Shown: one piece after another, positions 55,460-64,000 of the stretch
Position numbering within the stretch: position 1 is the first letter of the stretch
How the letters are laid out: every line of letters begins with the position of its first letter
DNA from: Mayamaea pseudoterrestris
Lineage: Eukaryota
Length of the DNA: 64,000 bases
Direction of reading: 5' to 3'
Assembly (NCBI GenBank): GCA_027923505.1
Contig: BROI01000001.1
Span: 1,364,001-1,428,000, forward strand
Program-made: the position numbers and the translations under genes
The notes under the pieces: generated by a model
Seen by the model: the letters and a program-made list of their open reading frames with translations, nothing else
What the model was told of the DNA's origin: nothing
Databases searched by the model: none

Positions 55460-58009
55460 ATGGGACAATCCGCTTCCAAAGTCAAATTCCGCGAATCCGT
55501 CAGCGCCCTGATTCAAGTCGACGTTTCCGCCGACGATGCCGACTTTTGGGACGAGCTTTGGAAGATTCCATCATCGGCGGCCGAAGTCTTTGAGCTGCTT
55601 CCAGCCGCCAGTGCCCGCAAGCTGCGGGACGAAAAGTTTGACAATCTGGCGACGCTCTTTACGCAGGCAGTGGCGCAGCTATGTCAAATTGTAGAGACGC
55701 CGTATAGTATTTACTTTGATCAAGCGCTGAATTGTGTCAGAGTTTTGACGAGGATTCTGCCATTCTTGCTGGAAAAGGGTGAGTAGGGAAAGGAGAAAAT
55801 TTTCTAGTGCTTGTCAAAAATTTTATCTTACTTTATTCCATCGGTTATTCATTTCACTACAGGAGACTTGGGAGAAGCCGACGAAAATGTAGAGCAGCTT
55901 TGCTGGGGAACGGGTGGACCCAGTCCAACCGACGAGCGGATCGGCCTCATGATTGGCGGAAACGAAATCGGCACAAGCCAGCAGGCTCCTCCATCCGTCG
56001 CCAAGCATCGAGCGGCTCTACTCAAGGAGCAGGAGGACGAGTTGAACCATCGCAACGACAATGAGGATGAGCAGGAACCATTGGCACTGCTAGTGGTGCA
56101 TGCGGCCATGCACATGCTCTTTCTGCCGCAATTCACATGCGACTTTTACGAGGATGCGTCCATTTCCAAGGATCCGCGCGGCAAGAATGCCGTCAAGACG
56201 AAGCGGCGCGCGGAAGATCCAGCGGCGGCCAAGGATGATCGCGAACTCAAGGCGGAAGCTGGATTGCGCGAGCGCAAGGTTGACTGGGGCGTTTCACTTG
56301 ACGCGGTTCCGGCCAGCATTGTGTGGGCACCAGGCGCGGGCGTGGTAGCGGCGGACATGGGTTACGATGCCAGCACGCGCAAGTATGATAAGAATCGAGT
56401 CGAAGTGTTGCGACTCATGCTGGCGGCGTGCTGCGATCCACTCTTTAGTCCGGCGGACGAGTACAATCCGCTGGCGAGCCGATGGTTGGCGGTGGCGACC
56501 GCAGCGGATGCGCCGAATGCGATTTGTCTCTTTTACAGTTTATTGAATACCATTGTAACGTATGATACGAGGCATTTGCCCGTGGCGGCTGGGTTTTCGG
56601 AGGGACATCACGTGAAACTTGTGGAACTGTCGGCGCAAGTGCTTTGCGTCTTGCTGGACTGCGGACTACCTGGCCATCCTGATCCAGTCATTGATCAGAA
56701 TGAGTCGCCATGCGTCGAGTTTGAAATAGCCTCCAAGGGTGGATTCAATATTTTTCGGACACTCTTAGCGAGGATTGATACGAGTCGTGAACTGACCTTG
56801 ATATACGAAGGGTTCGCCCGGTTATTGCGCAACGTATACGAAGCCGAGTCGACGTACATGGGTGGTGTCAAGTTGCAGTGCTTTCAAGAATTGCTCGTCT
56901 TGTTTTGGAAGTTTTTGGAGGAGAATCCCCTCTTTATGAGTCACATTCTCACCAGGTGCAATGTGAATGATATTATAGTACCAATTTGTTTCCTCATGTA
57001 CAAGAGTCGACGCGATCCAGCACAAATCGGTTTGGTGCATATCTGCACGTTTGTACTCCTGAAGCTATCTGGTGAGCGCTCATTTGGAGTGTGCTTGAAC
57101 AAGCCTTTCAACGTCAAACTTCCAACGGACTTGCCACTTTTTCACGGGTGTCATGCCGACTTGCTGACGATTACTTTGCACAAATTGGTTGTCAATGGTG
57201 CATACAAACTGGTACCACTGTATTCGTGCTTTTTGACGATCATTGCTAACACTTCTCCGTACTGGAAGTCGATGAGTCTGGTCGCTGCAGTCAAGTTGGT
57301 CAATCTGTTTGAGCTATTTTCGTCACCCAAGTTTCTTTACTCAGGCGAGTTTGCCTACCGCCACCTTGCACTGTTATTGGAGGTCTTTAACAATATTGCC
57401 CAGTACCAGTACCATGGGAATGCCCATCTTGTCTATGCGATTGTTCGACGAAAGGATGCGTTCGGACAGCTTGTTTCCTTGAGTTTGCAGAAGGCACAGG
57501 CGCAATGTCACAAGGTATACGGTGATCAAACTACTGTTGCAAGAGACGTTGACGCGCAGCCAGTGAGTTTGGATACAAAAGGCATTCCAAATTTGACGAA
57601 TATGCCTTCGGACGAAGACAACTCGCAATCGCAGTCGAGTAGTGTAATCGGAACACCCTTTCAGCCGACGGCCGAGTGGCTTGAGGAACTGAAGGCAAAT
57701 CTACCAATGGAGACCGTCACTCGTCTCCTCCAGCATCTCGTGCCGGTGGTGGATGAAATTGTTGCGCGCAAAGCGGGTGTCGTCGACGAACAGGAGATAC
57801 TTAACGTACTCAATGAGATTACCATGGTTGGACTTTTGCCGGTACCACACCCAATTGTCATTCGCAAGTACCAACCAAACCAATACACCGCATTGTGGTT
57901 CACGGCGTTCATGTGGGGCGTCATCTTTCTTCGTAACCAGTCATTGCCGCTGTTCGACGGACAGTGTATCGAGTTGTTCCAAGTGTCCGTGCAAGATGAA
58001 GAAGACTAG
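55460..58009 (+). CDS. HID1: HID1 / Dymeclin-family Golgi protein, 2 exons (55460-55778, 55863-58009)
   Basis: Myristoylation-type MGQSASK; motifs LNCVRVLTRILPFLLE, NRVEVLRL, LSGERSFGV.LN, QYQY.GN.HLVYAIVR and PVPHPIVIRKYQPN. Intron 55779-55862. Confidence 0.92.
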
Positions 58010-58414
58010 TGTCGAGATGCTTTTGGGTGACCTTCATGTTTCGTCTACTACATACACGTATTTCAATGCTACTATAATCGTATCCTTTATAGTTTACCCG
58101 TTAGCTATTTAATAGCTACAGTTAGCATAAAATGTGCGAACAACAGACGCCAACGTTCGTAAAAAAATGGGACTCGTGCCCCTTACATGCATCGCTCGAC
58201 AAACTCGGCATGTAAAAGCACATTCTTTCTCGCCTCCCAAAGTTCAAGCAATATATGTCTTCGAGACAATGGTAGTGGGTCAACTCCATTATTTTTGGCC
58301 TTTGCACACCAAAATTGCTATTGTCAAAGGGTTGCGGCGAATCCGCAATTATAAGTTATTCTTCCGCGACAAGAGCAGCAAACAGTCCAAGCATAAACAT
58401 TCAAAGGCGAGAGA

Positions 58415-59180
58415 ATGAACATTTGTCCGGGCGATCATGTCTATCGTTGGGTGCGTTGCAACTCAAGTGGGCATTTCCAAACCTCGCAGCATCATCGTAT
58501 CGTCTTGGATGCATACTTTGACTCCGTCATTCATGATTGGATAATTCTGACAGCCGACTTTTCCAAAGAGCGTCGCGCAAAGTATTATGCCTCTTATGCC
58601 AGCTTCCTTAACCTTCCTTTGCAAGGAAATCGTCGCCTTGCGGCGCGCAAATCGCTTGCGTGCGATTGGACCAAGGTGACATACAGCTCGCGCAATGTTG
58701 AAAAGATATTCATTCAAAGCGGCTCCAGCACAACTGTGGCAAGCGACTCACCAACGCGGGTGCTACAGCGAGTTAATTTACTACTGAAAAGCCATGCCAA
58801 GGTCTCCAACACGTTTCGTAGTAGCTGCGAGTGCCTTTGCGTTTGGTGCAAGACTGGCATATTCAAGACGCTGCAGGCTGCATCCTTTGCGCACATTATG
58901 CGACGAGAGCGCCTCGACACGGCAAAGATGCTGGCTGGTGCCGCCGCCTTGGCAGCCGCCGCACAGTTTGCGGTTTGGCAGTGCATTGGAAGAGACGTGG
59001 AAGCTTCCATTGACATTGGCTTTTCCAGACCTAGTGGCAGCCTCAGAGGTCAGTGAAATGGTAACCAAGGCAGTCTTGTGCTGGATTGTGATTGCCACCA
59101 AAGATTGGGATACACTGGCCATGGAGAAAAAAGTTGATGCTCAGTCGACGCAGCCGGCACGAAGAATTCGCAAACAGTCG
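58415..59180 (+). pseudogene. Degenerate LRAT/NC-domain gene, probably frameshifted near 58960-59000
   Basis: PGDHVYRW...HHRIV...SCECLCVWCKTG resembles PGDH..W...HHGI...NCE.F..WCKTG, with the conserved Gly and Asn altered. The hydrophobic tail seems to continue in another frame. Confidence 0.55.
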
Positions 59181-60446
59181 AATCATCGGTTAACAGCAAG
59201 GCAGGAGCAATATAAAGCTGTGAGTGTTCAAAGATCCATTTTACAGCCGAAACCAATTCGACGTTTAGTATAATCTTTTGAGTAAAGTCCACACGCGTCT
59301 TTCCTTGTATGCACTATAGACAAGAGAGGTGTCGGGTTCGCCCTCTGCTTTTTCTCCGGCAAGCTGCCTAATGTTCGTTTTCCAGCGTTTTGTCAAACTG
59401 CCATCAGTGCTTTTCTTGCTGAATAAATAACAGCACATTTTTAGTTCTGCAAGAAAGGCTCGCAGTGATCATCCCCTTGTGTCGGTTCCAATTGTTGTGT
59501 GCTTTGTGTGATGATGTGTCGAGTGACGACGTGACAACGAGTCAATGTGGATTGTCAATGGCGAGAGGTGCATAGCCTGCCAACTAAATCACATTCACTA
59601 ATGACGAACGTCTGCATGCAGCTTATAAAAGAAGACTTGAACGATCGTCTGCCCATCAAGTGCCATGGTATGATTGCGGAGCGAGCTGCTCTCAAGTGTC
59701 GTGTGTTTTATGGGGCGGTTGTCGTTTCAATCGTGTCACGCATGTCGCACAAGCACTCAATTCGCTTACTGTAAGTAGCTAATCTTCTGTGCAATCTTGA
59801 CTTGAGTGTCCATATAGACTGGTCTTTGAGGTGAAAGTAATAGAGTTAATTACAGCAGTACAAAGTCTCTGCACATAATAGAGAGGAAAGTCAAACAGTA
59901 GATTATGATGCATCAAAGTCGCGACATGATTGACACCACACTTTGTGGGAGGTTTGAGTAGTGTTCGCGAATGAGTAGCCAAACTCTGCTCATCGTCGCG
60001 CACTTGTCTGCCGACCAATAATTCTATTCGCTCGCAGAACCGCGGAGTATACACGGATGGAGTAAAACGACTCAATTGTATGGCCCTCATCGAAGGGCAA
60101 TGACTCACAGCTGTCCTGGAGTGTACGCATCAGTAGTACTCAAATACCTTCCTGGCGTCGGCGTGACGCCCATGACATCACAGCTTATTATCAAAAGCTC
60201 GAAGTTGTTTTCGGGCAATAGCGGAAACATCGTGCCATTTTATCAGAAGCTGCGCCTTCGCGTTCCCTTTTCACTGTCATCGATCAAACATGACATGCCA
60301 TGCACCCACACGATTTGTACTCGCTCCACGGGCCGATCAACAAGACGAAAGCACGGCCGCGATACCGAAGCCATACTCCTCCATCCACTGACGATAAACA
60401 CTATTGCCTACGCACAAACACCATTATACCGGCAATTTGAAAGCAA

Positions 60447-61766
60447 ATGAGTAACTCACAGCTTCCTTGTGCAGATTTAGATGCGCATGTCATGCGAAAA
60501 GGCACCTTTAGATCGCCGCTGCTGAGTCCGGAAAGTCCAGAAGGAAAGGAAGCAGAGATGCAAAACTCTGCGAGCTCGAGCAACAGCGAGTCAAAAGGTG
60601 CTGGCTCATTGAGTGAGCAGCAGGAAGCTGTCAGTCCAGCTGCAATGGCTTCTCAGAGTGCCGTTCCAAATCATAAGTCAAATCATGTTGAGGAAGGAGC
60701 ATCGATAACTGCTGCTGCGCAGGAGCCTGCCATTGTTGACTCATCCGATGCGCGATATGAAAACATGATCCAGGGTCTCATTGATTTTCAGCGTCAGCAC
60801 AACTCGCTTCAGATTCCTCGAGGTTATCGTTGGAACAATCGCAATCTCTACGAGTTTTGCAGAAACCAACGAAAGCATTACTTAAATGGCTTGCGAGGCA
60901 AGACACCGGCGCTCCTTCCGAAACGTATCGCACGACTCAGATCGATTGGGTTTGAGCTTGATCCAACGGGAGTGCAGGGACACAATGATGCTTTCGATGA
61001 TCGTCGCTGGGCAGTCATGTTCCAAGGCTTGCATGAGTTTTACACCAAGCATGGATCAGGAACAATCGTTCCGACTGGCTACCTTTGTGACAATAAGAGC
61101 TTGCATGATTGGTGTCGCCATCAGCGCAAACAATACTCCACCATTGTAGACGGAAAACCTGTATTGTCAGCCGAGCGAATCAAGCGTCTCCGGTCCATTG
61201 GGTTTGATTTGGATCCAACCAACCGGCGTCAGGACAGTCGATCGGAAAGTGAGCGCTGGGAATCAATGTTCCAGGCTCTGCTGGAGTTTCGTAGACAGTT
61301 TGGCTCCTTTTCGATACCTGAAGGCTACATGCACGACGGTCGCTCGCTGTCTAGCTGGATTCAGAATCAACGCCGCTTGTATACAAATCATTTGAAGCAT
61401 CACTCCCCGGCCCTGCTGCCGGAGAGAGCCATGCGTCTTGAAGCCATTGGATTCGATTTGATGCCTCGTCGATCTAGTACGAATTCTCCGAGCTTGAAAC
61501 GCAAGAGTAGCAATGATTCGTCCGAGTGTGGTGACGCTGCAGAAGGCGTAGAACACGCCGTACCGAAACATCCAGCTTGGTCTGGTCAGTCGACTCCTGG
61601 AGCTGTCGCACAGACGTATCCGTCACATTTGCGGCCAAATCCCTTACATATGACTCCTGCATGGGTCTTGCCACTTGTGAATGACACAATCGCCAAGTAC
61701 CAAGCCATGTCGCTTGAGGAGCGACTGCAGATTGTCAAGTCCTTCGACAAGAGCTTGCACCTTTAG
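60447..61766 (+). CDS. Helicase-associated (HA) domain repeat protein, three repeats
   Basis: Three copies of W..MF..L..F...HG...VP.GY.....L..W...QR..Y.......L..ERI.RL..IGF. Confidence 0.88.
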   Translation: MSNSQLPCADLDAHVMRKGTFRSPLLSPESPEGKEAEMQNSASSSNSESKGAGSLSEQQEAVSPAAMASQSAVPNHKSNHVEEGASITAAAQEPAIVDSSDARYENMIQGLIDFQRQHNSLQIPRGYRWNNRNLYEFCRNQRKHYLNGLRGKTPALLPKRIARLRSIGFELDPTGVQGHNDAFDDRRWAVMFQGLHEFYTKHGSGTIVPTGYLCDNKSLHDWCRHQRKQYSTIVDGKPVLSAERIKRLRSIGFDLDPTNRRQDSRSESERWESMFQALLEFRRQFGSFSIPEGYMHDGRSLSSWIQNQRRLYTNHLKHHSPALLPERAMRLEAIGFDLMPRRSSTNSPSLKRKSSNDSSECGDAAEGVEHAVPKHPAWSGQSTPGAVAQTYPSHLRPNPLHMTPAWVLPLVNDTIAKYQAMSLEERLQIVKSFDKSLHL

Positions 61767-62860
61767 TAAACTTTGACCGTGGTTCCGTAATGGAGCAAGC
61801 GAGAACGAGGTCCATTACTTAACAGATATCCACGCTTTAGATGCCTCATTGTTCTGGATTAGAGAGATCGGAAAAGTAGAATCAATGTCATTGTGCCGGT
61901 AAACTGAGACGCTGCAGCCGACAGCCAGTCACTCGCTTAGCTTGCCGGCAGGGAGTCCGGTCACCGACATACCAATCGCTTTTGCTTCTTTTTGCAAAAG
62001 GCGAAACGCATCCATGTCAGAAATCATGGTTTGTCCAAGGATGGTTATTACTTGGATGGACATCCATCGAATAATGCGTTGCCTATTCGTCTTCCAATGT
62101 GCCGGTACTCCTCCTACCGGTAGATAAGGTTGCGTCTCGGATGCTGTGAGCAAGAAGCAAGACCGCCACAAGACCGAACGCACTCCAAAACCACATGAAA
62201 CTAATAAGCCCCCAGAATATTTCCCGCGTCACTGCTGCTCCAAAACTTAAGCCTCCTTTTCACGTTTGAAGGGCACGTCAAAGGTTTGACGCAAACTCTT
62301 CCCAAGCGTCAAACGGTTCCATCGAGTTTGCTACTGGTACTAATTAGCTAATGGAGCACACAAGTATTGTAATGCTGCACATGAAGCTAGGTTATACATG
62401 TATTGGTAGAGACCATTACTTTTTTTATGTCCAAAAGATTTTATTCGTGCTTCGGCGGGGCTGGAAAAGAAGAAACGGACTCGCGCGTTGCGTCGTGCGA
62501 GTCCCGGAACGATCTTGGCGACCGCGCCGGCGGCCTGCCGCGGCAGTTTTTAGTGCCGCTGCGAGTAACCGTCACTCGCTGAAAGCGACGATTGTTGGAG
62601 GAACCATGGCAAGTAGTGCAACAACGGCTGCAGCTGCTAATCACCTACCGGTATACTCTTCTTGCCAGCTCTTGACTAACCTATTGAAAGCCTGCTAGTC
62701 TAGTTTTGCTCGAATCTGATAGATTCGTGACTATTAGCTGATCGAGAGCTTCTAGCAAAGCCTTCAGGACCGCCCAAGTTTTCATCCGCACCGCAGAATA
62801 CATTATCGAACAGCCCTCGTCAACAATCCGCTACAGCAGCTAAAAAAACCTCCACAAACA

Positions 62861-64000
62861 ATGGGTCAATCCGCTTCCAAAGTCAAATTCCGCGAATCCG
62901 TCAGCGCCTTGATTCAGGTCGACGTTTCCGCCGACGATGCCGACTTTTGGGACGAGCTTTGGAAGATTCCATCCTCGGCGGCCGAAGTCTTTGAGTTGCT
63001 TCCAGCCGCCAGCGCCCGCAAGCTGCGGGACGAAAAGTTTGACAATTTAGCGACGCTCTTTACGCAGGCAGTGGCGCAGCTATGTCAGATTGTGGAGACG
63101 CCGTATAGTATTTACTTTGATCAGGCGTTGAATTGTGTCAGAGTCTTGACGAGGATTCTGCCATTTCTGCTGGAAAAGGGTACGTAGAGAGAAGAGAAGA
63201 TGTTTATTCTTTGTAAAATCAAATGCTAATATATTCAATTCCCATTTTCCATTTCACTGCAGGAGACTTGGGAGAAGCCGACGAAAATGTAGAGCAGCTT
63301 TGCTGGGGAACGGGTGGACCCAATCCAACCGACGAGCGGATCGGTCTCATGATTGGCGGAAACGAACTAGGCACAAGCCAGCAGGCTCCTCCATCCGTCG
63401 CCAAGCATCGAGCAGCTCTGCTCAAGGAGCAGGAGGACGAATTGAACCATCGCAACGACAATGAGGATGAGCAGGAACCATTGGCACTGCTGGTGGTGCA
63501 TGCGGCCATGCACATGCTGTTTCTGCCGCAATTCACATGCGACTTTTACGAGGATGCGTCCATTTCCAAGGACCCCCGCGGCAAGAATGCCGTCAAGACG
63601 AAGCGGCGCGCGGAAGATCCAGCGGCAGCCAAGGATGATCGCGAACTAAAGGCGGAAGCTGGATTGCGCGAGCGCAAGGTGGACTGGGGCGTTTCACTTG
63701 ACGCGGTTCCGGCCAGCATTGTGTGGGCACCAGGCGCTGGCGTTGTGGCGGCGGATATGGGCTACGATGCCAGCACGCGCAAGTATGATAAGAATCGAGT
63801 AGAAGTGTTGCGACTCATGCTGGCGGCGTGCTGCGATCCACTCTTTAGTCCGGCGGACGAGTACAATCCGCTGGCGAGTCGATGGTTGGCGGTGGCAACC
63901 GCAGCGGATGCGCCGAATGCAATTTGTCTCTTTTACAGTTTATTGAATACCATTGTAACGTATGATACAAGGCATTTGCCCGTGGCGGCTGGGTTCTCGG
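62861..64000 (+). CDS. HID1: HID1 second copy, partial at window edge (exons 62861-63179, 63263->64000)
   Basis: Near-identical protein to the first copy, mostly synonymous differences, and a diverged intron 63180-63262 at the same position. Confidence 0.9.

Noticed and set aside
1..64000. tRNA, rRNA, intact transposons or viral genes
   Set aside because: None were recognised by eye. Small ncRNAs in the longer intergenic gaps (5100-6500, 13700-14770, 59300-60440) cannot be excluded without a covariance-model search.

Overview
Gene-dense eukaryotic nuclear DNA with short GT-AG introns. It is almost certainly from a diatom, probably pennate: it carries frustulins, bipartite ASAF-type plastid presequences, a carbamate kinase, an APS kinase-ATP sulfurylase-pyrophosphatase fusion and HA-repeat proteins. 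About 27 protein genes or gene copies are supported. The window also holds a CpG-depleted 174-bp satellite and three tandem duplications of different ages: 820 bp (exact), 5299 bp (near-exact) and a diverged HID1 copy 7.4 kb downstream. The strongest candidate for an undescribed system is hidden by the ORF track. ORFs 28635..30566 and 30669..31877 are joined in frame by a consensus intron (GTAAGT...TACTAAC...TAG, 30563..30664). The predicted 1042-aa protein has an acidic dileucine sorting signal, one transmembrane helix, a His-rich CHAD polyphosphate-binding domain and a Ppx1/Prune exopolyphosphatase, so it may be a vacuole-lumen polyphosphate capture-and-hydrolysis enzyme. Other notable items are a plastid-targeted bilin reductase fused to four RRMs, a PAPS synthase with a type II membrane anchor, an intron presence/absence difference between tandem frustulins, an OM47-like beta-barrel and an over-represented intergenic palindrome TACCGGTA. 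All family calls come from motif recognition by eye; no searches were run.
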